A stretch of 38,603 nucleotides of DNA. It comes from Candidatus Uhrbacteria bacterium. GTDB lineage: Bacteria > Patescibacteriota > Patescibacteriia > UBA9934. The notes under the pieces are model-generated. The model made no database searches, was not told the origin of the DNA, and worked only from the letters and a program-made list of their open reading frames with translations. Shown in pieces: positions 8,416 through 16,953 of this stretch; positions within the stretch are counted from its first letter, which is position 1, and each line of letters opens with the position of its first letter. A program made the position numbers and the translations under genes. The stretch spans positions 1 to 38,603 of the forward strand of contig JAUYIW010000029.1 in assembly GCA_030688135.1 (NCBI GenBank), in the 5' to 3' direction.

Positions 8416-8418
8416 ATA

Positions 8419-8448
8419 AAAATGACCTCGAATGGTGTCATTTTAAAT
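8419..8448 (+). terminator. Intrinsic terminator after truB
   Basis: Stem AAAATGAC / GTCATTTT followed by a T-tract. Confidence 0.5.
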
Positions 8449-8570
8449 ATTTTGATTTGGTTTAAATAATTGCCCTGTTACTATCTTTTTTACGTGGTAA
8501 TTTTCTCATTATATTCAAATTGCAATAATCGTTCGATTATGATAAAACTGAAACATATAATAAATATTTT

Positions 8571-10253
8571 ATGACTGACCAAAACTCTCGTAAAGGCGTA
8601 CTTAGTTTGATGGTTTTAATTGCAGTAATCGCGATTGGCGGTTTCATTATTTTTGGAGGAGATGAGCAGGATCCAAGTGCTATTGGTTGGGACAAGGGGG
8701 TGACAACCATTGGAGCAGAGGTAGTTTACACCGAAGGTGCAGTTGAACTTACAAGTAATGATTTTGATTGGACAAGAGCAGAGGAGGGAAGCGTACTTGC
8801 CGAAGGCGATTCACTCGAAGTCGTGGGCGAAGGCCGTGCAATCGTGAATCTCGACGATGGCAGTGTACTTCGGCTAGATTCTAATACTTCCATCACACTA
8901 GCATCGCTCGATCCAAACCACATGATTATTTCTTTGATTAATGGTGAGCTTTATAGTCGCGTTATTGAAGCAGATAGAGTATTTGAGATTAGTGCAGGCA
9001 ATGTTATGTATGAGTCTATGGGTACTGCATACAGCACAAAACATTCAGATTCTGAAAATGGCGTTGAGGTTTATCATTCAACTGTGAAGGTGACAGATGA
9101 ATCTGGGAATGAAGTTTATGTTGAGCAAGGACAAAAATACGCGGTTGAGGACAAAATACTTGATGACATTTCAGAAAGTGATGTAGAAGAGGATGAGTTT
9201 ATTCAATGGAATAAGGAAAAAGATTTTGACAGTTTTGAAAACGAGCTAGGTATATTTTCAAAGGATAGTGATGACGTTGAATCATCTGTAGAATCGATTA
9301 GTCTTGTTTACGATGGAAACGGTAGGGTTACGTGGACGGCCGTAGGGGAGGCGGCACTTGGTTATAAGGTAGTTTGGTCAAAAACTAACGCGCCGACGTT
9401 CCCAACGCGCTCTGGTGACAAGTACAAGTACCTTAGCGACCCGGATACGATTTCATCTACAATTTACGCCTTTGATGGTAGCGGAACGTATTTTGTTCGA
9501 GTGTGTGAGTATCTAGGTGGAGAGTGTGGTGTGTACTCAAATGAAGTAAGTGCAAGTTTTACAGACTCAACAGGAAGAGATACTTTGGAAGACTCTACGG
9601 CTAAAGAAGAAACTGAAGATAACTCAGAGGAAGATAAGGAAGAGAGCGAAAAAGATACGGAAACTGAAGCGTCATCCGCAGTAGAGTCAATTTTAGTCAC
9701 GGCAAATGGCGAGTCAGTTTCATGGTTGGCAGACGGCTATTCTTCAGAAGGTTTCAAAGTGGTATGGTCAAAATCATCAGGACCAACGTACCCAACACGC
9801 TCTGGTGACAAGTATATATACCTTAGTAGCTCGTCGGCATCATCACAAACATTGACGCCATTTGATGGCAGTGGAACTTATTACGTGCGTGTTTGTGAGT
9901 ATTTAGGTGGCGCATGTGGCGTTTACTCAAATCAAGTGACTGTTATGTTTGCAGAAGATGTTGCAGTTGAAGATGTTGCGTCGATTTCTCTTTGGAGCAA
10001 TGGCGGAGAAACTATTGGTTGGTCGGTTGATGGATACTCGCAGATGGGTTACAAACTAGTTTGGTCAAAAAATTCCAGCCCAACTTATCCTTTACGTTCG
10101 GGTGATAAATATGAGTACTACAGCAATCCAGATACTTCTTCTGGATCGGTTTACGCATTCGATGATGAAGGAACGTATTATGTGCGAGTGTGCGAGTATC
10201 TCGGTGGTGCGTGTGGGGTGTATTCAAATCAGATTGAGGTAGTTCTAGAATAG
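8571..10253 (+). CDS. Membrane-anchored secreted protein: FecR-like domain followed by three tandem ~90-aa Cys-pair repeat domains
   Basis: N-terminal TM helix VLSLMVLIAVIAIGGFIIF. FecR-like segment LAEGDSLEVVGEGRAIVNLDDGSVLRLDSNTSITL. Three repeats each end in VRVCEYLGGxCGVYSN. Confidence 0.7.
   Translation: MTDQNSRKGVLSLMVLIAVIAIGGFIIFGGDEQDPSAIGWDKGVTTIGAEVVYTEGAVELTSNDFDWTRAEEGSVLAEGDSLEVVGEGRAIVNLDDGSVLRLDSNTSITLASLDPNHMIISLINGELYSRVIEADRVFEISAGNVMYESMGTAYSTKHSDSENGVEVYHSTVKVTDESGNEVYVEQGQKYAVEDKILDDISESDVEEDEFIQWNKEKDFDSFENELGIFSKDSDDVESSVESISLVYDGNGRVTWTAVGEAALGYKVVWSKTNAPTFPTRSGDKYKYLSDPDTISSTIYAFDGSGTYFVRVCEYLGGECGVYSNEVSASFTDSTGRDTLEDSTAKEETEDNSEEDKEESEKDTETEASSAVESILVTANGESVSWLADGYSSEGFKVVWSKSSGPTYPTRSGDKYIYLSSSSASSQTLTPFDGSGTYYVRVCEYLGGACGVYSNQVTVMFAEDVAVEDVASISLWSNGGETIGWSVDGYSQMGYKLVWSKNSSPTYPLRSGDKYEYYSNPDTSSGSVYAFDDEGTYYVRVCEYLGGACGVYSNQIEVVLE
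9291..10250 (+). repeat. Three in-frame coding repeats (9291-9560, 9681-9950, 9975-10250)
   Basis: Shared block GYKVVWSK..PTYPTRSGDKY.Y.S......FDGSGTYYVRVCEYLGGACGVYSNQV. Repeats 1 and 2 are separated by an acidic linker. Confidence 0.9.
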
Positions 10254-10269
10254 TTTGAAAAGATTGTCT

Positions 10270-10545
10270 ATGAGCCGACTTTACTATAAGAGTATGAAAA
10301 ATATTGGTTCAATTATATTCGGTATCGGCGCAACTCTACTAGTTGGCTATTGGGCCTATGAGGCAATTATATTCGTATTGCTCGAAAATGATCTTCCGCT
10401 AATAATTCGTATTGGAATCGCAGGAATATTAATTGGAATAGTAGTGGTATTATTTGGGCTAATCGTAGAAAGAATAACAGATAAAAAAACTGAGAAAATA
10501 TATGATGTTAACAACAACAGAAACAGTACCGGGAAAGGAAATTAG
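10270..10545 (+). CDS. Small two-helix membrane protein
   Basis: Hydrophobic segments IGSIIFGIGATLLVGYWAY and IRIGIAGILIGIVVVLFGLIV. The listed ORF starts at TTG 10255; I chose the ATG at 10270. Confidence 0.5.
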   Translation: MSRLYYKSMKNIGSIIFGIGATLLVGYWAYEAIIFVLLENDLPLIIRIGIAGILIGIVVVLFGLIVERITDKKTEKIYDVNNNRNSTGKGN

Positions 10546-10816
10546 TCAGATTTTAGGAATCGCCAAAGGCAATACAATTCGCGCCAAACATATTGGAAAA
10601 GATATCGTTGCAGGCCTACGCACAATTGTTGGAGGTGAAATTAAGGAATACGTGGAAGCTATGAATGATGCTCGTGAACAAGCTTTGCATAGGCTAACAG
10701 AACAGGCAGAAGAAATGGGGGCAGATGCCGTGGTTGCGGTCAGATTTACTACTTCGCAGGTAATGACTGGTGCTGCAGAACTATTAGTTTACGGCACAGC
10801 AGTAAAATTAAAATAA
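10502..10816 (+). CDS. YbjQ/UPF0145 family protein
   Basis: MMLTTTETVPGKEI...GGEIKEY...AREQALHRL...GADAVVAVRF...AELLVYGTAVKL matches the UPF0145 pattern. It overlaps the upstream ORF by 44 nt. Confidence 0.75.
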   Translation: MMLTTTETVPGKEISQILGIAKGNTIRAKHIGKDIVAGLRTIVGGEIKEYVEAMNDAREQALHRLTEQAEEMGADAVVAVRFTTSQVMTGAAELLVYGTAVKLK

Positions 10817-10846
10817 ACAACTTCCGTATAGCGCGGAGGTTGTTTA

Positions 10847-10881
10847 AAAAAGTGTACGTCTCTTAGAGACGTACACTTTTT
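10847..10881. terminator. Bidirectional terminator, which is also hairpin family H copy 2 (core GTCTCTTAGAGAC at 10858-10870, inverted orientation)
   Basis: Perfect stem AAAAAGTGTACGTCTC / GAGACGTACACTTTTT between convergent genes. An A-run precedes it and a T-run follows it. Confidence 0.8.
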
Positions 10882-10884
10882 GTT

Positions 10885-11829
10885 TTAGTTTATGTCGTAC
10901 AGATCAGGATCGATGGTACGTGTAAAGCATGTTTCTCCAATACCATGTTCCCAGTCTATGTCTTGAAATTTCGCTAAGGAACCTCCAATCCGTGGCATTG
11001 TTTCCACATAAATATTACCTTGAATGCCAACGCTTTCAGTTGCAAACGTTCCACAAACTTCAAATTCTAAATCACCAAGGACAGTGTATGTGTACGGTAC
11101 GCCTGTTTCAGGGTCAACGGATGCTACAAATCCCGAAATTGGACTGGACAGATCATAAAGTGTTGCAGGAAGCTCATCTTTTTCCGACCAAATATATACA
11201 GCTTGATTAACAATCATTTGCAAATCATTCAACCGTTGATCGTCAAATCGAACATTTCGTTGATGACCCGGACTGCCAACAAAGTAAAATCCTGCAGTAA
11301 TACTTAAAATCATAAGCGCTGAAGAAATCCAGGCACTAAGTTTTGGAACATTAGTTTTTTCACTCAAGTCCCGACGCAAGCTCCACAAGTAGTAACCGAA
11401 TACCGCTGCCGTAACGAGCAGCACTGCTACAACTTTGATAATAAATCGTGTGCTAAGTTCACCGCTTAAAAAGCTGTTAATAAGTGTAATGAGATCGATT
11501 ATTATCGTAATGGACGCTACGAACAGTGTGAAATATAAAAGCCATTTACGAACACGAATTTCAATTTTTTGTGGATTGGCTGAAATATCTTTGCCTATTG
11601 TCCAAGAGATCAGAATAAATATTGGCCAACCAACTATAAGTGCGGCCATTGCTCCTCTAAGTAAGTTGAGCGCTCCGCTATAGTAAAAATCAAGCGGGTC
11701 TGGAAGCATTATGTTCGTTGTCTGAAATATTATCGTTAGCAAACTAATAACTCCAATATAGAGGGTTATTATTGCCAATAAATAAGAAAACACGTCCTTT
11801 GGCGTGCTTTTTAGAGTCGATTTGGGCAT
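10885..11829 (-). CDS. Integral membrane protein with a DUF5671-like N-terminal region
   Basis: PKDVFSYLLAIITLYIGVISLL followed by 5 further TM helices and a soluble C-terminal domain. The family call is from memory. Confidence 0.5.
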   Translation of the reverse strand: MPKSTLKSTPKDVFSYLLAIITLYIGVISLLTIIFQTTNIMLPDPLDFYYSGALNLLRGAMAALIVGWPIFILISWTIGKDISANPQKIEIRVRKWLLYFTLFVASITIIIDLITLINSFLSGELSTRFIIKVVAVLLVTAAVFGYYLWSLRRDLSEKTNVPKLSAWISSALMILSITAGFYFVGSPGHQRNVRFDDQRLNDLQMIVNQAVYIWSEKDELPATLYDLSSPISGFVASVDPETGVPYTYTVLGDLEFEVCGTFATESVGIQGNIYVETMPRIGGSLAKFQDIDWEHGIGETCFTRTIDPDLYDIN

Positions 11830-11891
11830 ATCGTGAAAATTACAAATTTAGAATTAGAAATCCTAAATAAATTATAGCACGAGTTGCAATT

Positions 11892-12557
11892 TTAGTTGCG
11901 TGCATGTAGAGCAATAGCTAGTGCGTTTGCAACGTTTAATGATTCGATTTTTGTGCTATGGCTAATTTTAACTGATGGTGCTTCAATTTCAAGCTTAATC
12001 CCACTTCCTTCCGAACCGGCAATAATCACTGCTGGTTCGTTTGTTTCAATTGCATCGAGCGTAAGCGCCGAGTCAGTTATCTCAAGTCGGAATATATCGC
12101 GCTTGAGATTTTTGATTGTGGACTCAGCTTTATCTCGAGCTACATTCATCCACGGTACAAGAAATATGGCGCCAGAAGATGACCGCACAACTTTTGGACT
12201 TGTTGTGTCTGCCGATTCAATAAGAAGTAGGGAAGCGTTAAACCCAAGGCATAGTCTGAGTATTGCTCCAACATTTCCCGGATCTTGAACACCGTCTAGT
12301 ACTACGATCGTTTTTGAAGATTTGATATCGTCAATCTCAAACTTTGGAATGCGAGCAACGCCTGCAATTTCTTGCGGAGTTTCGGTTGTAACAAGCTTTT
12401 CGTATTCAAAAGAGTCTTCGCGTGTAAAGGTAAAATCAACTGCATCGCCAGCAGTTTCAATCACTTTTGCACCTTCAACCAAACAAAATCCACTTTCAAG
12501 ACGGCCCTTTTTAGTTGCAAGCGATTTAACAAGTTTTATTTGAGCATTGGTTAACAT
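11892..12557 (-). CDS. SpoU/TrmH-family RNA 2'-O-methyltransferase
   Basis: LDGVQDPGNVGAILRLC, IIAGSEGSGI and SLNVANALAIALH are the three SpoU motifs. Confidence 0.8.
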   Translation of the reverse strand: MLTNAQIKLVKSLATKKGRLESGFCLVEGAKVIETAGDAVDFTFTREDSFEYEKLVTTETPQEIAGVARIPKFEIDDIKSSKTIVVLDGVQDPGNVGAILRLCLGFNASLLLIESADTTSPKVVRSSSGAIFLVPWMNVARDKAESTIKNLKRDIFRLEITDSALTLDAIETNEPAVIIAGSEGSGIKLEIEAPSVKISHSTKIESLNVANALAIALHARN

Positions 12558-12777
12558 AAGGCGATAATACTAGTCAATTACGCGAAAGTCAAGATGTGTT
12601 GCTACTTCAATACTTCGCGTGACTTCATTTGATCGCGTTACTGTGTCATAAAGTGACCGATCGGATCAAATATGACACACTATATTTGATCAAATCGAGA
12701 AAAACTGACTTAAGATAAGTACGTATGTCTTATGTCACAAACCGTGATAAGTACTCTTTCATATCGATAATTTTTCT

Positions 12778-12806
12778 AAACAAAAAGCCCCCGTGGATGG
12801 GGACTC
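12778..12806 (-). terminator. Intrinsic terminator of the RRM gene
   Basis: Minus-strand hairpin AGTCCCC-ATCCAC-GGGGGCT with a G.U pair that is valid only on the minus strand. A T-run follows. Confidence 0.6.
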
Positions 12807-12830
12807 TTTATAATTGAACGTGTAAAGCGT

Positions 12831-13097
12831 CTAGGCTTCGTTTCGTTCGGTCATTGGACGAGCTTCAGACACTGTAATAGTGCGTCCGCCCATTTCTGCT
12901 CCGTTCAGCGCGTTAATGGCAGCTGCAGCACCTGCATCATCTGCCATCTCCACGAAGCCAAAACCTCGGCTACGGCCAGTAAATTTGTCGGTGATAATTC
13001 TCGCCGAAGTTACCTCGCCGTGCTGACTGAACAGGTCTCGTAGTTCGTCTTCCGTGCTTTGAAACGGAATTCCACCTACGTAGAGCTTGTTACTCAT
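12831..13097 (-). CDS. RRM-type RNA-binding protein
   Basis: RNP2 motif LYVGGI and RNP1 motif RGFGFVEM. Confidence 0.9.
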   Translation of the reverse strand: MSNKLYVGGIPFQSTEDELRDLFSQHGEVTSARIITDKFTGRSRGFGFVEMADDAGAAAAINALNGAEMGGRTITVSEARPMTERNEA

Positions 13098-13178
13098 AGC
13101 ATTGTAGAAACATGAGTTAGGATGTGCTCAGTTATCGAGCTCCATCTCCCTTTGGTACTAAACCTTTAGGATAGTGGG

Positions 13179-13208
13179 ATTATAACATAACATCAATCAA
13201 TGGCAAAT
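13179..13208 (-). promoter_or_regulatory. Extended -10 promoter (TGTTATAAT) for the RRM gene
   Basis: The reverse complement of 13179-13187 is TGTTATAAT. The -35 box is weak. Confidence 0.4.
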
Positions 13209-13235
13209 AACTGAAGCATAAAACTCAGGTTGATT

Positions 13236-13583
13236 TTAGTTGTTGATATCTGCTGTATTTTCACGATCATGAGCATCAGCCTCAAACTGCTTAATATACC
13301 GATTATGTTCGTCTAGCTTAAGCTCATCTTCTATTTCCTCTCGTTCAGCCATACTTTCAAGATAAGTCTTGATTTCATGCATTGCAAAACCAAAATATCT
13401 ATTATATTCTGCCCTAGTGTTTGGCATGCCAACCTCCTTTATTGCCAAATCGGCAGACTTTCTAATATTCCACTTATCACCTTTTGTGTGAAGATTTATA
13501 GCCTTATTAGCAATCCTGCGCGCTGTTTCGAGTGACTCACCTTCGAGTGGCGGAAGCCCAGCTTCTTCTAGAAGTTCATTCAT
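13236..13583 (-). CDS. Hypothetical protein, 115 aa
   Basis: Clean ORF with no recognisable motif. Confidence 0.45.
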   Translation of the reverse strand: MNELLEEAGLPPLEGESLETARRIANKAINLHTKGDKWNIRKSADLAIKEVGMPNTRAEYNRYFGFAMHEIKTYLESMAEREEIEDELKLDEHNRYIKQFEADAHDRENTADINN

Positions 13584-13656
13584 ACTATAAATTATTGAGC
13601 AATTATGATTATAATGATACCATTATAACAGATACCGGATATCAAATTTTAAATAT

Positions 13657-13857
13657 ATGTTAGAAACTATCGGGCTGTTCACTCATGTTGTAGGAGAACT
13701 TTTGGTTGCCTACACTGTACTTATGGTACATCATAGAGTCTTGAATCAGCATAAAATTGACAGAAAGGTTTTCGCTACTATGAGAAGCGAGCAAAGGATT
13801 GGAATACTAGGCGTGCTTCTAATATTGACTGGATTTATAATTCAAATTGTTTCTTAG
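13657..13857 (+). CDS. Hypothetical two-helix membrane peptide, 66 aa
   Basis: Two hydrophobic helices. It is divergent from 13583. Confidence 0.35.
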   Translation: MLETIGLFTHVVGELLVAYTVLMVHHRVLNQHKIDRKVFATMRSEQRIGILGVLLILTGFIIQIVS

Positions 13858-13880
13858 TCTAAAAGTTGTAAATTAATTAT

Positions 13881-14576
13881 ATGATTAAAATAGGATTTCC
13901 AATTTGGGGAAATGGAAAAAAACATAGCAATATTTCAGATGAGAAAAGCGAAAAAGCTCCTGCGTGGGGATATGATCCAACCATTCATGAGTCAAAGGTA
14001 AGTTCTGACGACTTGCCTAAAGTGGAGTCCCCTGTGGATCGTACTGAAGTAAAACCCATAACTCCTGGCGTTTATAATGTTGCCGATGTTATACCTACCG
14101 ATACCGGGTTAGCGGAAATTTTTATAAATGTAGAGGCTACTCCTGAATTGATGGATTTTTTTAAACGCTTCCCCGATAGAAGCATGAACATTAATGAAAC
14201 TTTAGAAAATTTAGTAAAGAGAGTTGAGAGCGGGGAACTTGAACTTCAGAGTATCAAAACCGGTCTAGAAGGGCTTTTAGATGAGTATAGGCAATTTCAA
14301 GAAGTAGCCAACACCGCTCTTGGACGTCATTATATTCCTTCGGTAGTTGTTGCTATGAAGCCGGAGATGGATATGAGTGGTGAAGGTATACGATCAACAA
14401 CATCGCTTCTTGCACGTAATTTTAGTAATGATTTAGAAGATGATCCTATCGGTAGTCAAATCTATGCAAGATTCGAAACTCTGCGTTGGCTTTTGCAGAA
14501 TAATAATGCGGCGTTAGTTGAGCTTGAGCAAAGAAGGCGTGCAGAAGATGGTTTTCCGGGCAATATCCCGGTTTAG
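13881..14576 (+). CDS. Hypothetical protein, 231 aa
   Basis: Clean ORF with no recognisable motif. A terminator follows it. Confidence 0.5.
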   Translation: MIKIGFPIWGNGKKHSNISDEKSEKAPAWGYDPTIHESKVSSDDLPKVESPVDRTEVKPITPGVYNVADVIPTDTGLAEIFINVEATPELMDFFKRFPDRSMNINETLENLVKRVESGELELQSIKTGLEGLLDEYRQFQEVANTALGRHYIPSVVVAMKPEMDMSGEGIRSTTSLLARNFSNDLEDDPIGSQIYARFETLRWLLQNNNAALVELEQRRRAEDGFPGNIPV

Positions 14577-14587
14577 TAGATTATTAT

Positions 14588-14616
14588 CAAGAAAACCATA
14601 AAAATGTGGTTTTTTT
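14588..14616 (+). terminator. Intrinsic terminator
   Basis: Stem AAAACCAT / TGTGGTTTT followed by a T-run. Confidence 0.6.
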
Positions 14617-14635
14617 GATTTGCAGTATATTGTTT

Positions 14636-14666
14636 CTCAAGGCTAAACCTTGCCAAGGTTTAGCCT
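14636..14666. promoter_or_regulatory. Perfect palindrome CAAGGCTAAACCTT-GCC-AAGGTTTAGCCTTG (14-bp arms), candidate operator
   Basis: Read directly. It ends 20 nt before the -35 box of the 14752 gene promoter. Confidence 0.6.
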
Positions 14667-14685
14667 TGGATTAGTATATATATTA

Positions 14686-14714
14686 ACTTGACATTTTAAG
14701 CATTTTCTGTTAAC
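14686..14714 (+). promoter_or_regulatory. Promoter TTGACA-17-(TGt)TAACTT for the 693-codon gene
   Basis: TTGACA at 14686-14691, TGT at 14706-14708 and TAACTT at 14709-14714. An AAGGA ribosome-binding site lies 8 nt before the ATG at 14752. Confidence 0.5.
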
Positions 14715-14751
14715 TTTGCAGGTTCTTTCACAATTTTAAAAGGAAAAATCA

Positions 14752-16833
14752 ATGGAATTAAAGCAGATTCTAGGAATCAGGACATCACAAGTCCTGAGCG
14801 CCAGACAGGTGCGGGAAGATCCAATTCAGGCTCTTATCCGCATTTGGGATACTTCGCCACATTATGAAATCGATCTTGGTGAACATGGCTTGATCGATTT
14901 TGTACTATGCGATCCAAAATATCTTCAGGATTTTATTCCCGGAGAGTTCTACGGAGTATATCTTGGTTACATGAACTTTGTGTCAACCAAGACTCCTGAG
15001 CGATGGATTCCATACGTGGCACTTCACGAGTGGGCTGAATACAATATCGGGCGAGAATTCAAGTCTCACGAAGATCCATTGGGGCTCGCAAAGCAATGGC
15101 AAGCATTGTTTGGAGAGATCCGTATGGCAGGTCTTGCTATGAGTGAAGATGAGTTCAATATGTACATTGTCTGGCGTGAAAGCGTTGAGACTACTAGGTA
15201 CTTTGAACTTGATCACGAGGCTCAGGAATGTTTGAAACGTGCAGGGTCTGAGCTAGCCAAAGGCAGTGTAAAGAGGCTTGCCTGGACTAGGCGCGACCTT
15301 CGGGCGTATAGCCTGCGCAGATTTATGAACTACGACCAAGCTTACATGATGGGTATGACGCATACAGAATCCCTGATCAGTGCAATTCTTGATTGCTCTC
15401 ACCCGGTAGGCGACATCTACGCTGTGCTTAGCTATTTTGCGTATGTGGATGTTGATGCTAAAGTATCTGTTCCACGCTCACTTGCGCATATCGTGTACTT
15501 TCTTGCTGCCGAGATTGAAAGACCGGTGCTAAAGATTGTGCAAGATGAAGGCAGTATGTATTCAGTGTCCCACGCAAGTGGCAGAACTCGACAAACAGTT
15601 GATGCTGTTATGCGCAGGCTTGGTGTAGCACAGGTTAGTAGAATGAGATCACTTCCAAATCAGATTCCCAAAAAGGAGATACAGATGTCATCTGCAATTC
15701 TGATAACGCATCGCGTGTACGTAAGTCCTCGGCAGGCTGAGATCTTGCTGGAGATGCGAAAGGGGCGTTCGCCTGCTGATAGGTTTTCCGATCTAGGCAG
15801 TGCGCTGTGCGCGACTCTGAGAGAGCTTGGTGTTGTGAACAAGGCCGAGAAGGGCAGTAAGCCTTTCTACGTGAGCGACGAACGAGCTCAGCGCATGCAG
15901 TTTATTCGTCAGACCAACGAGGACGATATTGCGTATCCTGTGCAAACTGAAAATGAGGCGACTACGCCCACTCAGTGGATTGACGACCTCGAACGTATTG
16001 CGACATCCGCCGAATCGAAAGGCGTTGATGAATCGTTGATTCTGTGTGGAGATGAAGATTCCGACACGCTGGTTGTTTATCTGGACGCTGAAGAGGCACG
16101 GTTGCTTCTAGATATCTTTTCCGGCACACGTTCAGCAAAACTATCCAAGGTACTCAGTCATTGGGGTTGGAAGCTGAAGGAGTTGGATGTCTTAAGAACC
16201 GAAGGCAGGCGTACTGTGATAGTGGAAGGAAATGCCTCCAAGGTCTTGTGGAGAAAGAGAGTTGAACGCGAAAGATTTGCGCGCGCAAAAGATGTAGCAC
16301 GCCTTCAGCCAAACCAATGGTTGCTTGATCTTCGTAGTATTGCCTACCCTAGCGTGGGCGAACACGATGCCACTGCAGAAACGCAAGCGTTGCCTGAGGT
16401 TCCGGCTGTGGCCGACGTGCCTCTGCAGGAAGAGCAGTGTCCAATCGAGGCGCCTGAACTTCCGGGAAGCTCTGGAACTTCGGCAGGCTCAAGAATTCCG
16501 GCAGTAGCTCGATATCTGTTTAGTAACTGCTCGAGGCCTGGCATATTATACAATCCTTCAGAAAACGAAATCGCTGAAGTGCTGACGCCAGAAATGGTAG
16601 ATGCGCTGACGCCAGTGGAGATCAAGATAGCAGAAAGACAGGCAGAGCATGAACGGATCGACCAAGAGATTTCACGGCTCGTCGCTATGAAGCACCAGCT
16701 AGATTTTGAAGGTCGAGCTGCGCTCGAAAAACGTCACCGTTTTATGGATGCGATTCGAGCAATTGTGACCTCAAGGCGCGCTATGCTTGCAGCAATGGAA
16801 GAAATGCGCGAAAGCTTCAAGGAAGAGTTGTAA
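14752..16833 (+). CDS. Large orphan protein (693 aa), compositionally atypical; possible repeated HTH-like modules and a C-terminal coiled coil
   Basis: Uninterrupted ORF with its own promoter, ribosome-binding site and terminator. No Walker A, HExxH or nuclease motif was seen. Confidence 0.7.
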   Translation: MELKQILGIRTSQVLSARQVREDPIQALIRIWDTSPHYEIDLGEHGLIDFVLCDPKYLQDFIPGEFYGVYLGYMNFVSTKTPERWIPYVALHEWAEYNIGREFKSHEDPLGLAKQWQALFGEIRMAGLAMSEDEFNMYIVWRESVETTRYFELDHEAQECLKRAGSELAKGSVKRLAWTRRDLRAYSLRRFMNYDQAYMMGMTHTESLISAILDCSHPVGDIYAVLSYFAYVDVDAKVSVPRSLAHIVYFLAAEIERPVLKIVQDEGSMYSVSHASGRTRQTVDAVMRRLGVAQVSRMRSLPNQIPKKEIQMSSAILITHRVYVSPRQAEILLEMRKGRSPADRFSDLGSALCATLRELGVVNKAEKGSKPFYVSDERAQRMQFIRQTNEDDIAYPVQTENEATTPTQWIDDLERIATSAESKGVDESLILCGDEDSDTLVVYLDAEEARLLLDIFSGTRSAKLSKVLSHWGWKLKELDVLRTEGRRTVIVEGNASKVLWRKRVERERFARAKDVARLQPNQWLLDLRSIAYPSVGEHDATAETQALPEVPAVADVPLQEEQCPIEAPELPGSSGTSAGSRIPAVARYLFSNCSRPGILYNPSENEIAEVLTPEMVDALTPVEIKIAERQAEHERIDQEISRLVAMKHQLDFEGRAALEKRHRFMDAIRAIVTSRRAMLAAMEEMRESFKEEL

Positions 16834-16870
16834 AGCATATTCAGAGTTGCAAGGCAGTGTAGTTACTCAA

Positions 16871-16900
16871 TCCCAGGCCAGAAATGGCTTGGGGTTTTTA
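16871..16900 (+). terminator. Intrinsic terminator
   Basis: Hairpin CCCAGGCCA-GAAA-TGGCTTGGG followed by TTTTT. Confidence 0.7.
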
Positions 16901-16953
16901 ATTTTAGTTGATCGTCTGATATACTACCTTCTGCAAGTAAGGAAAAATAAGTT

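Noticed and set aside
11896-12554. Plus-strand ORFs antisense to the SpoU methyltransferase gene
   Set aside because: They are shadow ORFs with Ser/Ile-rich translations. The minus-strand gene has all the SpoU motifs.
15028-15045. HEWAE in the 693-aa protein as a zinc-metalloprotease HExxH motif
   Set aside because: The fifth residue is Glu, not His, and there is no downstream third ligand motif.
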